A stretch of 57,262 nt of DNA from assembly GCA_052386995.1 (NCBI GenBank), contig JBQTJP010000252.1, forward strand, positions 1 to 57,262, given 5' to 3'. The notes below the pieces were generated by a model. That model was given only the letters and a program-made list of their open reading frames with translations. It had not been told where the DNA came from and did no database searches. Both the position numbers and the translations under genes were made by a program. This DNA is from Armatimonadota bacterium. GTDB lineage: Bacteria > Sysuimicrobiota > Sysuimicrobiia > Sysuimicrobiales > Humicultoraceae. Below are positions 26,333 through 36,396 of the stretch, piece after piece (within the stretch, counting starts at the first letter, position 1; each line of letters starts with the position of its first letter).

Positions 26333-27910
26333 ATGAAGAATCGGTTAAGCGCGATGGCTATCGCCGTTGCCGCCGCCCTCGCGCTGGTCGCGGGGACAGC
26401 GCCCGTCAACTACGCGCAGGGCCGGCCGGTCGTCATCGCCTCATCGGGCGACGCCGAGACGATGGACCCGGTCCTGACCGCGATCAGCACGACCGGCAGC
26501 ATCCAGAGTCACATGCTGGAGCCTTTGATCGACTACGATCCAGATGGCAAACTCATCCCCATGCTGGCGACCTCGTGGCGGGCGCTCGACAACCTGACCT
26601 GGGAGTTCAAGTTGCGCCCGGGCGTCCGCTTTCACAACGGCGAGTCCTTCAACGCCGAGGCCGCGAAGTTCAGCGTCGAACGAGCCCAGACGCATCCGCG
26701 CTCGCTCCAAAAAGTCTACGTGAGCATGATCAAAGAGATGCGGGTGGTCGACAGCCTCACGCTTAGAATTGCGACGAACGACCCTTCGCCGGATCTCGTG
26801 GCCAACATCGCCAGTATCCTTATCCTTCCGCCACGTCATGCCCGAGAGGTCGGCGACGAAGGGCTGGCCAGGAGGCCGGTAGGCACCGGTCCCTACAGGT
26901 TTGTCGAGTGGGTCCGTGACGACCGGATCGTGCTTGAACAGTACCCGGGGTACTGGGGGACGAAGCCGCAGGCCACGCGGGTCACGATCCGGCCGATCCC
27001 AGAGGGTGCGACCCGTGTGGCCGCCCTGCTGGCCGGGGAGGTCGATGTCGTCGAGGGGATTCCGATTCCCGACATCCCCCGCGTGGCGAGGACCAGGGGG
27101 TTCAAGGTCCTGCGCAAGCAGGGACCACGCCTGATTTTCGTGGCCATGGACACCTTTCGCGATCGCGGCGGGAGGCATCCCGCCGGCAGCCCGGGCCTTC
27201 CCGACGGTGCGCCGAATCCCCTCAAGGACGTGCGCGTCCGGCAGGCCATCTACTCCGCCATCAACAGCAAGGAAATCGTCGAGCAGGTGATGGGCGGCGC
27301 GGCGGCACCAGCCGAGCAGATCCTGCCCTCGTTCATGGTTGGCTACAATCCGAGAGTCCGCAGGCCGATCTACGATCCGTCGCGGGCCAAGCGTCTGCTG
27401 ACCGAGGCGGGATACCCCAACGGCTTTACCGTGCGTCTGGACGTTCCCACAGACCGCTACGTCAACGACCGTGAGGTTGGTTTGGCGCTGGCCGGCATGC
27501 TGGGCCGCGTCGGGATCACCGTGCAACTAAACGGGATGCCGCGGGCGATCTACTTCCCGCGGATGCGCGCCTTCGACACCAGCCTGCAGATGAGCGGCTG
27601 GCTCACGCTGATCTCCAGCATCAACTGGGCGGCAATGCTGGGGTGCGTCGATCCCAAGACCGGCTACGGCCGTGCCAACTACGGACGGCACTGCAACCCC
27701 GACTTGAATCGTCTGATCGACATCATGAATACCGAGATGGACGAGGCCAAGCGCAAGGAGGCGTTCTTCAAGGCCGCCGAGTTCACGCGTCAGGACGTCG
27801 GCAAGATCCCGCTCTACTTCGAGGAGCTGATCCGCGCCGTCAAAGAGGGTCTCTCGATGCCGGTCCGGGTCGATGAGCATGTCAGGGCACAGGAAATTAC
27901 CTTTAAGTAG
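26333..27910 (+). CDS. ABC transporter substrate-binding protein, family 5 (Opp/Dpp/Nik-like)
   Basis: Signal peptide, TWEFKLRPGVRFHNG, PVGTGPYRFVEW, DVRVRQAI. Confidence 0.93.
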   Translation: MKNRLSAMAIAVAAALALVAGTAPVNYAQGRPVVIASSGDAETMDPVLTAISTTGSIQSHMLEPLIDYDPDGKLIPMLATSWRALDNLTWEFKLRPGVRFHNGESFNAEAAKFSVERAQTHPRSLQKVYVSMIKEMRVVDSLTLRIATNDPSPDLVANIASILILPPRHAREVGDEGLARRPVGTGPYRFVEWVRDDRIVLEQYPGYWGTKPQATRVTIRPIPEGATRVAALLAGEVDVVEGIPIPDIPRVARTRGFKVLRKQGPRLIFVAMDTFRDRGGRHPAGSPGLPDGAPNPLKDVRVRQAIYSAINSKEIVEQVMGGAAAPAEQILPSFMVGYNPRVRRPIYDPSRAKRLLTEAGYPNGFTVRLDVPTDRYVNDREVGLALAGMLGRVGITVQLNGMPRAIYFPRMRAFDTSLQMSGWLTLISSINWAAMLGCVDPKTGYGRANYGRHCNPDLNRLIDIMNTEMDEAKRKEAFFKAAEFTRQDVGKIPLYFEELIRAVKEGLSMPVRVDEHVRAQEITFK

Positions 27911-27928
27911 TCAGACCGTAGGATCGCT

Positions 27929-27955
27929 GGGGGTGGGGCGCGGTGTCCCACCCCC
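27929..27955 (+). terminator. GC-rich intergenic stem-loop (mRNA stabiliser or partial terminator)
   Basis: GGGGGTGGG...CCCACCCCC hairpin between the binding-protein and permease genes, with no U-tract. Confidence 0.5.
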
Positions 27956-27967
27956 GATCTCTCTGAG

Positions 27968-28885
27968 ATGACCCGCTTCCTGATCAGCCGGCTGCTGCAG
28001 ATGATCGGGGTATTCCTGGTCATCTCGCTCGTGATCTTCCTGCTGCTCATCTTCACCGGCGATCCAATTGAATTGCTCCTGCCCCCCGCCGCGGGTATCG
28101 ACCAGATCGAGGCGATGCGGCGGACGCTGGGGCTGGACCAGCCCTGGTACGTACAGTACACGAAGTTCGTGCGCAGCGCGCTGCGCGGCGACCTGGGCAC
28201 ATCGTTTTACTTTCACGAGCCGGCAGGCCGGCTAGTCCTGCAGCGCCTGCCGGCATCGCTCGAACTCGTCTTCTGGACGATGCTCGTATCTACCGTCATT
28301 GCGATTCCCCTCGGTGTGATGGCGGCCTCGCGCCCCAACTCCTGGCTCGATCGGGGAGTGCTCGTGGGGTCGCTGGTCGGCATCTCGGCGCCGACGTTCT
28401 GGATCGGCATCGTGCTGATTGCCCTGTTCGTCGTGACACTCAAATGGCTCCCCTCGTCGGGGCGGGGCGGGTGGCAGCATCTGGTTCTGCCGGTTGCGAC
28501 GCTGGCATTTTACCGGGTCGCCTTGTTCGTGCGGCTCGTCCGCTCGGGCATGCTCGACGTGCTGGGACAGGACTACATCCGGACCGCACGCGCGAAAGGG
28601 CTGTATGAGCGGGTGGTCTTCTACCGGCACGCGCTCCGGAATACGCTTATCCCGTTCGTGACGATCGGCGGCATTCAAATGGGCGGCCTGATCGCCTTCG
28701 CGGTCGTCACCGAGAAGATCTATGCGTGGCCGGGCATGGGGCGGCTGCTGCTCATCTCGATCGAGCGGCTCGACTACCCCGTCGTGGTGGCGTACGCGAT
28801 CGTCACCGCGGCGCTCTTCGTGGTCATCAACCTGGCCGTCGATCTGCTGTATGCGATGATCGATCCGCGGATCCGGTACGAGTAG
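27968..28885 (+). CDS. peptide/nickel ABC permease (DppB-like)
   Basis: GDLGTS, DYIRTARAKGL, HALRN, AWPGMGRL, IDPRIRY. Confidence 0.94.
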   Translation: MTRFLISRLLQMIGVFLVISLVIFLLLIFTGDPIELLLPPAAGIDQIEAMRRTLGLDQPWYVQYTKFVRSALRGDLGTSFYFHEPAGRLVLQRLPASLELVFWTMLVSTVIAIPLGVMAASRPNSWLDRGVLVGSLVGISAPTFWIGIVLIALFVVTLKWLPSSGRGGWQHLVLPVATLAFYRVALFVRLVRSGMLDVLGQDYIRTARAKGLYERVVFYRHALRNTLIPFVTIGGIQMGGLIAFAVVTEKIYAWPGMGRLLLISIERLDYPVVVAYAIVTAALFVVINLAVDLLYAMIDPRIRYE

Positions 28886-28893
28886 GTCGCGCC

Positions 28894-29805
28894 ATGGCCC
28901 GAATCCTCAGCGAATCGCCCCCGGCTCCCACCGCGGTGCCCCGCGTGAGACCTCCAGGGGGGTGGATCTGGCGGTCGTTCCGCTCGAGTCCAATCGCGGT
29001 GGCGGGCAGCCTTCTGCTGCTTTCGATGAGCGCGCTCGCCGCACTCGCCCCGGCCGTCGCTCCGTGGGATCCCCAGGCGCAGGACCTTGCACGCCGCCTT
29101 ATCGCCCCATCGTGGCTCGCAGGCCCGCATCCGCTCGGGACCGACGCGGTAGGCCGCGACCTGCTCAGCAACATTCTCTTCGGGCTTCGGGTGTCGTTGC
29201 TGGTTGGGGTCGTGTCGATCGCCATCTCGGTGGCCATTGGCCTCACGGGGGGTGTTGCGGCCGGCTTCTACCGCGGCCGGCTCGATGCCCTCCTGATGCG
29301 GGCCGCGGACATGCAACTCTCGCTGCCCTTCCTCCTGATTGCGCTTGCGGCCGCGGCCATCTGGGGACGGGGCGTGCTGAAGCTCGTCGTGGTGCTCGGC
29401 GTCATCGGATGGGCGGAGTTTGCCCGCACGGCGCGCGGCAGCACACTGGCCGTCCGTGAGAAAGAGTTCGTGGAAGCGGCGCGGGCGCTGGGGGCCGCCG
29501 ACGGTCGCATCATGGCAACGCACATCGTCCCCAACGTACTGACTCCGGTGATCGTGCTCGTATCGGTGGCGATGCCACGGGTCATCGTCGCGGAGGCCAC
29601 GCTGTCCTTCCTGGGCGTGGGCGTTCCGCTCACGACGCCCTCGCTGGGGTTGCTCATCGACGGCGGCTACAAGTACCTGTTCAGCGGGGCCTGGTGGCCA
29701 TCCATCATGCCGGGGGTGGTGCTGATGCTCCTGGTGGTAGGCATCAACCTGGTTGGCGACTGGCTGCGCGACGCGCTGGATCCACGGTTGCATCAGAGGA
29801 GATAA
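28894..29805 (+). CDS. peptide/nickel ABC permease (DppC-like)
   Basis: HPLGTDAVGRDL, EFVEAARALGA, EATLSFLG, GDWLRDALDPR. Confidence 0.94.
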   Translation: MARILSESPPAPTAVPRVRPPGGWIWRSFRSSPIAVAGSLLLLSMSALAALAPAVAPWDPQAQDLARRLIAPSWLAGPHPLGTDAVGRDLLSNILFGLRVSLLVGVVSIAISVAIGLTGGVAAGFYRGRLDALLMRAADMQLSLPFLLIALAAAAIWGRGVLKLVVVLGVIGWAEFARTARGSTLAVREKEFVEAARALGAADGRIMATHIVPNVLTPVIVLVSVAMPRVIVAEATLSFLGVGVPLTTPSLGLLIDGGYKYLFSGAWWPSIMPGVVLMLLVVGINLVGDWLRDALDPRLHQRR

Positions 29806-29819
29806 CCCGCCCATGTGCC

Positions 29820-30590
29820 GTGGGACGTGACTGGAATCTCGAACAGGTCACGAGCGGCGTCTACGCTCTCGCCGTTTGGGACGAATCGTGGAATTCGTTT
29901 AACGATTGCTATGTGGTGGTTCGGGAGAATCGGACCCTGCTCGTGGACTCAGGCAAAGCAGAGCATGCGGCAATCCTCGCGGATGCTCTTCGCAAGCTGG
30001 GAAAACGAACGGACGACGTTGTCGTTCTTCTTGCCACCCACGGCCACGGCGACCATGTGGGAGGAGCAGGGAGTCTTGCCAGGGCGACACGATCCGTCCA
30101 CGAGGCGGACTGGGGTCTGCTCGATGAAACACTCCGAGGGCAGTTTCGCCCGAACGTCATTCAAAGCGCAGAAGCCCTCGGGTTCGAATGTGTGCTCCTG
30201 GGACAACACACCAGTGGGTCGGTCGCCCTCTATGATCCCCACACGAAGGCGCTGTTCTGCGGTGACCACGTCTGCTTTTTTGGAAGGCCGCTCTCTGGAG
30301 GACGATTGGTAGGCGAGGGAGCAGAACTGCGAGAGGCCTTCCGCGACTTCGTACACTGGTGGAGTGGAGCGTGGTCAAACGGCGAAACGCGAAAGCAGCT
30401 CGAGGAGGATCTTGCGAGGAGAGGCCCTGAGGACCAGGAACGTTACAACCTCCACCTCTTTCTCGACGGGGTCCGCACCATGAGGCTGTTTGATGCCCTC
30501 TCGCTTTGCACGGGGCATGGTAGCGTTCTCCAAGGCGACATCAACGGCTTCCTTTCAGATCTCCTGGCTGCAGGCGAGCGGCCCTTATAA
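29820..30590 (+). CDS. MBL-fold metallo-hydrolase (start approximate)
   Basis: LLVDSG, THGHGDHVGG (HxHxDH), HTSGS, CGDH, TGHG. Confidence 0.8.
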   Translation: MGRDWNLEQVTSGVYALAVWDESWNSFNDCYVVVRENRTLLVDSGKAEHAAILADALRKLGKRTDDVVVLLATHGHGDHVGGAGSLARATRSVHEADWGLLDETLRGQFRPNVIQSAEALGFECVLLGQHTSGSVALYDPHTKALFCGDHVCFFGRPLSGGRLVGEGAELREAFRDFVHWWSGAWSNGETRKQLEEDLARRGPEDQERYNLHLFLDGVRTMRLFDALSLCTGHGSVLQGDINGFLSDLLAAGERPL

Positions 30591-30731
30591 ATCTGGTCGA
30601 CCAGGGGATACACGATGCTCTCGGGCTGGTGAAGTGAGTAGCTGCACCTGCCGCCAGCGCCTTCGGAGAACCGGCATGAACCGTGGGTGCCCCGGTATAA
30701 TGGCATCGCGAATCCGCCATAGAGGTGAGGT

Positions 30732-32282
30732 ATGGCACTCCCTGAGTTCCGCAACGAGCCGTTGAGCGACTTCTCGGTCGAGGCGAACCGGGCAGCGATT
30801 ACCGACGCCCTCAATCAAGTCGAGCGGGAGCTGGGCAAAGAGCTTCCTCTCGTCATCGGCGCCGACCGGCTTCGGCTCGATGGAAAGTTCACGTCGTGGA
30901 ATCCTTCCTTGAAAACCCAGGCCGTGGCCCTGTGTCAAAAAGGCACCGCGCGCGAAGTGAGTCTGGCCGTCGAAGCCGCCGATCGGGCATTCCAGACGTG
31001 GAGCCGGGTGCCGGCCGAGGAGCGCGCGGCGGTGCTCTTGCGCGCCGCCGATATCCTCCGACGCCGCAAGTTCTGGGCCGCGGCCTGGCAGATCTATGAG
31101 GTCGGCAAGAACTGGGGCGAGGCCGACGCGGACATCGCCGAGACGATCGACTTCATGGAATACTACGCGCGAGAGGCGCTCCGCTACGCGCGCGGGCGCG
31201 ACATGGCTCCGCACCCGCAAGAATACAGCGAGTACGTCTACGTGCCGATCGGCGTGGTGGCCGTGATCCCGCCGTGGAACTTCCCGCTGGCGATCCCGGC
31301 CGGCATGGCGACCGGCGCGATCGCCGCCGGAAACACGGTGGTCATGAAACCGAGCAGCGACTCGGCGGCCAATGCCTACGTCCTTCAGGAGGTCATGGAC
31401 GCGGCCGGCCTCCCTCCCGGCGTGCTCAACATCCTGACGGGGTCGGGCGGCGACGTGGGCGATCCGCTGGTAACGCACCCGCGCGTGCGGATGGTCGCGT
31501 TCACGGGTTCGAAAGAGGTCGGCATTCGCATCTACGGTCAGGCCGCGCAGGTGCCGCCCGGGCAGATCTGGCTCAAGCGCGTCATCGCGGAGATGGGCGG
31601 GAAGAACGCCGTGATCGTCGACGAGAGCGCGGATCTCGATGACGCGGTGGCCGCGGCGGTCGCGTCGGGCTATAGCTTTCAGGGACAGAAATGCTCGGCG
31701 GGATCGCGGCTGGTCGTGCACGAGCGGCGCTACCGTGACGTGCTCGACGCCTTCGTCACGAAGGTGCGCGACCTCCGCGTTGGACCTGCAAAGGACAACT
31801 TCCCCGCCGGCCCGGTCATCAACGAGCGCGCGAAAGCCACGATCATGGAATACATCACCGTCGGCAAGCGCGAAGGCCGCCTGGCCGCCGGCGGCGAGCC
31901 CGGGAACGGCGAGGGGCACTACGTCCAGCCGACGGTGTTCGCCGATGTCGATCCTGATGCGCGCATTGCGCAGGAAGAGATCTTCGGCCCCGTCGTCGCG
32001 GTCATGAAGGCGACGGACTTCGACCACGCACTTGCGATCGCCAACGGCACCGAGTTTGGGTTGACCGGCGCGGTATTCTCGCGCACTCCGGAGCACCTGG
32101 CCCGCGCCCGGCGCGAGTTCCACTGCGGCAATCTCTATCTCAATCGAAAGTCCACGGGGGCGCTCGTCGGCGTGCACCCGTTTGGCGGCTTCAACATGAG
32201 CGGCACCGACGCCAAGGTCGGTGGGCCGGACTACCTGCTGTACTTCCTGCAGCCCAAGGTCACCTCGATCAAGCACCGATAG
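30732..32282 (+). CDS. pruA: L-glutamate gamma-semialdehyde (P5C) dehydrogenase
   Basis: EFRNEPLSDF, IPPWNFP, FTGSKEVG, AEMGGKNA, FQGQKCSA, EEIFGP, LYLNRKSTGALVGVHPFGGFNMSGTD. TATAAT at 30696-30701. Confidence 0.95.
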   Translation: MALPEFRNEPLSDFSVEANRAAITDALNQVERELGKELPLVIGADRLRLDGKFTSWNPSLKTQAVALCQKGTAREVSLAVEAADRAFQTWSRVPAEERAAVLLRAADILRRRKFWAAAWQIYEVGKNWGEADADIAETIDFMEYYAREALRYARGRDMAPHPQEYSEYVYVPIGVVAVIPPWNFPLAIPAGMATGAIAAGNTVVMKPSSDSAANAYVLQEVMDAAGLPPGVLNILTGSGGDVGDPLVTHPRVRMVAFTGSKEVGIRIYGQAAQVPPGQIWLKRVIAEMGGKNAVIVDESADLDDAVAAAVASGYSFQGQKCSAGSRLVVHERRYRDVLDAFVTKVRDLRVGPAKDNFPAGPVINERAKATIMEYITVGKREGRLAAGGEPGNGEGHYVQPTVFADVDPDARIAQEEIFGPVVAVMKATDFDHALAIANGTEFGLTGAVFSRTPEHLARARREFHCGNLYLNRKSTGALVGVHPFGGFNMSGTDAKVGGPDYLLYFLQPKVTSIKHR

Positions 32283-32398
32283 CGGCTTCCGTGGACACCG
32301 CCCCGACCGGCCCGAAGTCGCATCAGGAGGGTATACACGGGGGGGTACGGTATAATCCCGATGTGGACTCCCGGGAGGGATCAAGGGTGGGACTGTAC

Positions 32399-33223
32399 AT
32401 GCCTGCGGATCAGAGCGGAGCCGACGAATCGCGGTTCTCGTTCGCCAAGTTCGCGGCGCATCCGTTCTTCAAAGAAGTCAATGCCTGGCTCGTCGGGCAC
32501 GCGGGGATCAGACCCGGCAGCGATGTGGTCGATCTGGGGTGCGGGCCCGGTGTCACCACCGAGTTGATCCTACAGAAGATGGGCGTCCCGCCGATGGGGC
32601 GTATCTTCGCCATCGATCCGTCGGCGTCGGCGCTCGTCCAGGCAGCGCAGCGCATCCAGTCGGCCATCGTGGGGTTCATCCAGGGCACCGCCGAGCGGCT
32701 CGGCAGCCTGGTCCCGCCGGTGGACACGGTCATCTGCTGCAACGCGATTCACCTGGTGCGCGACAAAACCCAGGTCATCGCCGGAATCAGCAAGGTGCTG
32801 CGTCCGGGAGGGGTCCTGGCGTTCAACACGACCTTCTTCGACGGCGCGTATCCTAAGGATACCTACCGGTTCTACAAGGTCTGGGTGCTGCGGGCGATGC
32901 GGTGGCTGCACGACCGAGGCCATGTGGTGGTCCGGGGCGCCAAGGCCACGGCCAGGCAATGGCACTCGGCCGACGAGTATCGCCGCATGCTCGAGGTCAG
33001 TGGGTTCGGCGAGACCAAGCTGGAGTTCCAGGAGAAGGAGCTGTCCTGCCAGGCCTGGGAGGACATCAGCGACTTCTCGCTGTTCATCGAGGGCGCGCTG
33101 CCCGGTGTGCCGCTGGAGATCGGCGCCGAGGCGCTCAAGGTGGGCGTCCGGCAGGCCTTCGAAGATCTGCGGTTGCAGGCGGTTCCCCGAATCTGGCTGC
33201 AGGTCATCGCGCGCCGCACGTGA
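32399..33223 (+). CDS. class I SAM-dependent methyltransferase (alternative leaderless GTG start at 32363)
   Basis: VVDLGCGPG, AIDPS, CNAIHL, LRPGGVLAFN. TATAAT at 32351-32356. Confidence 0.88.
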   Translation: MPADQSGADESRFSFAKFAAHPFFKEVNAWLVGHAGIRPGSDVVDLGCGPGVTTELILQKMGVPPMGRIFAIDPSASALVQAAQRIQSAIVGFIQGTAERLGSLVPPVDTVICCNAIHLVRDKTQVIAGISKVLRPGGVLAFNTTFFDGAYPKDTYRFYKVWVLRAMRWLHDRGHVVVRGAKATARQWHSADEYRRMLEVSGFGETKLEFQEKELSCQAWEDISDFSLFIEGALPGVPLEIGAEALKVGVRQAFEDLRLQAVPRIWLQVIARRT

Positions 33224-34041
33224 CACTCGACTCCAGGGTCGCCCTGGTGACCGGAGGGTCATCCGGCCTGGGTCGGGCCATGGTTGCCGCGCTGGCGCAG
33301 GCGGGTGCACGGGTGGCGTTCACGTACCGCAGCAACGCCGCCGGCGCGCAGTCGCTGGTGCAGGCGCACCCACCCGGGACGGTCATCGCCCTCCAGGCGG
33401 ATGTCACAAACGATGCCGATGTGGCCCGCATGGTCAGCGAGACCGTCGCGCGTTTCGGCGGAATCGACATCCTGATAAACAATGCCGGGATCACACGCGA
33501 CGCCCTCGCGCTACGCATGAGCCCTGAGGACTGGCAGGCCGTCATCGACACGAATCTGACCGGGGCGGTGCGCGCTTGCCGCCACGCGCTTCCCCATCTG
33601 CTGGCCTCGCAGGCAGGCCGCGTGATCAACATCACGTCGGTAGCGGGAATTGTCGGCAATGCCGGCCAGGCGAACTACTCGTCGGCCAAGGCCGCGCTGA
33701 TCGGGCTGACCCAGGTGCTCGCGCGCGAGCTCGCGCCCAAAGGGGTCACGGTCAATGCCGTCGCTCCAGGGGCCATCGACGCGGGCATCGTCGCGGGCAT
33801 GCCAGAGGAGCAGCGCAGGCGGCTGGTTGCTGCGATCCCGATGGGCCGTATGGGCACTGCCGACGAAGTGGCGGCGCTGATCGTCTTCCTGGCCGGTCTG
33901 CAGGCGGGCTATATCACCGGACAGACGATCATTATCGACGGCGGCACGACCGCGGGCGGGCTGCCGATTACCGTGGATCCCGCCCCGAGCCGGGAGCGCG
34001 AGCGGGAAGCTGCGGTCGAGGGGAAGAGCGTCAGGCGCTAG
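33220..34041 (+). CDS. fabG: 3-oxoacyl-ACP reductase-like SDR
   Basis: TGGSSGLG, NNAGITRD, NAGQANYSSAK (YxxxK), IPMGRMG. GTGA overlap with the methyltransferase. Confidence 0.8.
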   Translation: MTLDSRVALVTGGSSGLGRAMVAALAQAGARVAFTYRSNAAGAQSLVQAHPPGTVIALQADVTNDADVARMVSETVARFGGIDILINNAGITRDALALRMSPEDWQAVIDTNLTGAVRACRHALPHLLASQAGRVINITSVAGIVGNAGQANYSSAKAALIGLTQVLARELAPKGVTVNAVAPGAIDAGIVAGMPEEQRRRLVAAIPMGRMGTADEVAALIVFLAGLQAGYITGQTIIIDGGTTAGGLPITVDPAPSREREREAAVEGKSVRR

Positions 34042-34103
34042 CCCAGCGAATAGATCGTCTGCATCGCGCTGCCCGATCCCAGGACGACCAGCGACGCGCT
34101 CAC
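34038..34103 (-). pseudogene. 21-codon ORF (VSASLVVLGSGSAMQTIYSLG), possible remnant of an RNase Z/MBL-fold gene
   Basis: GTGA overlap with the HAD stop codon, GGAGG SD, LVVLGSGSA start motif. Confidence 0.4.
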
Positions 34104-34747
34104 CGCAGGACCTCCACCACCCGCGTCAGATCTGCCGCCCCCCGCACCATGAAGAATGGCACCCCGCGGGCGGCCGCCACAGCCGCGTCGTGGGGCGTGT
34201 CGCCGACGAACAAGCGGAGGGCGCGGCCGCGCGCGCGCAACCGGTCGAGCGTGCGCCCTTTGTCGCCGCCCTCGACCGCGCAGAAGAACCGCGCGAGCCC
34301 GCGCCGGGCGACATCGTTTACCAGGTCGGCATGGAGCAGGCCGCTGGCCAGCACGAGATCATAGCGCGGCCGGAGCGCGCTCAACACGGCCCGGACCGGC
34401 GGGAACTCACGCATCTTGCCCTCCGCGGCTCTGTTGTAGGCTGAGTAGCGTCGTGAGAATTCGTCGCGCTCGGCGTCCGTGACCGAGCGTCCCAGCGCCG
34501 CAGCGGTGTCGGCGAACTGCTCGAAGCGGTGGGCGCCGCTGGTCCGGGCATAAGAGGCGTCCACAGCGGAATGGTCGCCGGCTCCCAGATGCAGCACCTC
34601 GGTGACTGCGCGCCGATAAGACTCGCGCTTGATCTCGTACGAATCCACCAGTGTGCCGTCGTGGTCAAATATCACGACCGGCCGCCTCGGGGTACCCAGC
34701 CGCAAGCGGGTGCCCGGCGGGTCGGTGCGGAGGTGCAGAGGCATCAA
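34100..34747 (-). CDS. HAD-family hydrolase (start uncertain)
   Basis: IFDHDGTLVDS (DxDGT), LASG, GGDKG, FVGDTPHD. Confidence 0.88.
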   Translation of the reverse strand: MMPLHLRTDPPGTRLRLGTPRRPVVIFDHDGTLVDSYEIKRESYRRAVTEVLHLGAGDHSAVDASYARTSGAHRFEQFADTAAALGRSVTDAERDEFSRRYSAYNRAAEGKMREFPPVRAVLSALRPRYDLVLASGLLHADLVNDVARRGLARFFCAVEGGDKGRTLDRLRARGRALRLFVGDTPHDAAVAAARGVPFFMVRGAADLTRVVEVLR

Positions 34748-34805
34748 TGCTATAATTCACGAAACAGGTTCCTCCCACCTGGACATATGAAGGAGGCGAC
34801 AGGCG

Positions 34806-36359
34806 ATGAATCTCTCCCCGGCTCGCGCATGCGCCTTGATCGTGATCGTCGCCCTCATGGCGGTGCCGATGCTGCCGGCCTCGGCTCAGCAGCCGCGCCG
34901 CGGCGGGACGCTGCGCATCGCCCACATTGGGGAACCCCCCACGCTCGACCAGCACTGGACGACCGCCGTCATCACTGGCGACATCATGCACAACGTCAAC
35001 GAGGGTCTGTTTGCCCTCACCAGCAAATATGAGCCCCGGCCGCTGCTGGCCGAGAAGTGGTCGATGGGCCTGGACAGGATGACCTACACGTTCACCCTCC
35101 GCCGGGGCGTCAGGTTCCACAACGGCAAAGATCTCACCAGCGAGGACATCAAAGCGTCACTCGAGCGTTGGGCCCGTTTGGTCGCCCGGTTCCGGGCGAT
35201 GTTCGTCGGGGTTACCATCACGGCTCCTGACCCCCAGACCCTGGTGCTCAAGCTCGCTGAACCCAACGCCCTGTTGCTCGTGGCCCTGGCGTTTCCGGGG
35301 CAATCTGCCGTGATCTTCCCCAAGGAGGTCATCGACGAGGCCGGGACCGGGCAGATTCGACGATTTATCGGGACGGGGCCGTACAGGTTCGTGGAACACG
35401 TGCCGGACCGGCACATTCGACTCGATCGGTATGATGGTTACGCGGCCCGCTCCGAACAACCGGACGGCCAGGCAGGGCGGAAGCATGCGAACTTCGATTC
35501 GATCCTCTTCCTCCCGGTGCCAGATGCCGCTGTAAGGATCGCGGGTGTCAAGCGTGGCGATTACCACTTTGGTGCGGCCATTCCCTCGGATGAATACGAC
35601 CGCCTGCGCGCCGATCCCGATCTCGTCCCGACCCTTGTCGAGGTGCCGACCTGGCTGGGCGCGATCTTCAACCACCGCAGCGGACTGATGACCAACCGGA
35701 AGATCCGCCAGGCGTTCCAGGCGGCATTGGACCAGGAGTCCGTCATGCAGGCGTCCTACGGGAGTCGGCGCTTCTGGCGGATCAATCCGGGATTGATGCC
35801 CAAAGACCACCCCATGTGGACCGAGGCCGGCAAGGAGTACGTCAACCAGAAGAACCCGGCCCGGGCCCGGCAGCTCCTGACCGAGGCAGGCTACAAGGGA
35901 GAGCCGGTGCGCTGGCTGACGACCATGGAGTACCTCGACTTCGGGACCGCGGCGCAGGTGACCAAGCCGATGCTGGAGCGGGCCGGCTTCACCGTCGACC
36001 TGCACATCGTGGACTGGGCAACGCTGATATCCCGGCGCGCCCGACCCGAATTGTACGATGTCTTCATCACGTCCTTCGTCTTTGTGCCGGATCCGACCCT
36101 CATCCTGCCGCTGCAATCCACCTGGCCCGGCTGGTACGACAACCGAGAGATGCAGGCGATGATGACACTGCTGCGCCGCCACAGCGATCCGAAGGTGCGT
36201 CACGAACTCTGGCAGCGGATGCAGAAACTCTGGTACGAGGACGCCGGGACAATCAAGTTCGGGGAGTTCTTCGGGCTGCAGCTACTCCGGAAGGAACTCA
36301 AGGGCTACGCCAACGTTCCCACGCAGGTCTGGTGGAACGCGTGGCTTGAGGGACGGTAA
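34806..36359 (+). CDS. ABC substrate-binding protein, family 5 (paralog 1)
   Basis: AQQPRRGGTLRIAHIGEPPTLD, IGTGPYRFVE. Extended -10 TGCTATAAT at 34748-34756, SD AAGGAGG. Confidence 0.93.
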   Translation: MNLSPARACALIVIVALMAVPMLPASAQQPRRGGTLRIAHIGEPPTLDQHWTTAVITGDIMHNVNEGLFALTSKYEPRPLLAEKWSMGLDRMTYTFTLRRGVRFHNGKDLTSEDIKASLERWARLVARFRAMFVGVTITAPDPQTLVLKLAEPNALLLVALAFPGQSAVIFPKEVIDEAGTGQIRRFIGTGPYRFVEHVPDRHIRLDRYDGYAARSEQPDGQAGRKHANFDSILFLPVPDAAVRIAGVKRGDYHFGAAIPSDEYDRLRADPDLVPTLVEVPTWLGAIFNHRSGLMTNRKIRQAFQAALDQESVMQASYGSRRFWRINPGLMPKDHPMWTEAGKEYVNQKNPARARQLLTEAGYKGEPVRWLTTMEYLDFGTAAQVTKPMLERAGFTVDLHIVDWATLISRRARPELYDVFITSFVFVPDPTLILPLQSTWPGWYDNREMQAMMTLLRRHSDPKVRHELWQRMQKLWYEDAGTIKFGEFFGLQLLRKELKGYANVPTQVWWNAWLEGR

Positions 36360-36396
36360 CATGGCGGCGAGCAATTCCTCAGGGAGGGATACAAAG

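Noticed and set aside
30585..32384. 599-aa minus-strand ORF
   Set aside because: It is the antisense shadow of pruA. High-GC codon bias leaves the opposite strand open, and it has no motifs.
32902..33219. N-terminal extension of the FabG-like ORF (apparent fusion)
   Set aside because: It lies inside the methyltransferase in another frame. The real start is GTG 33220.
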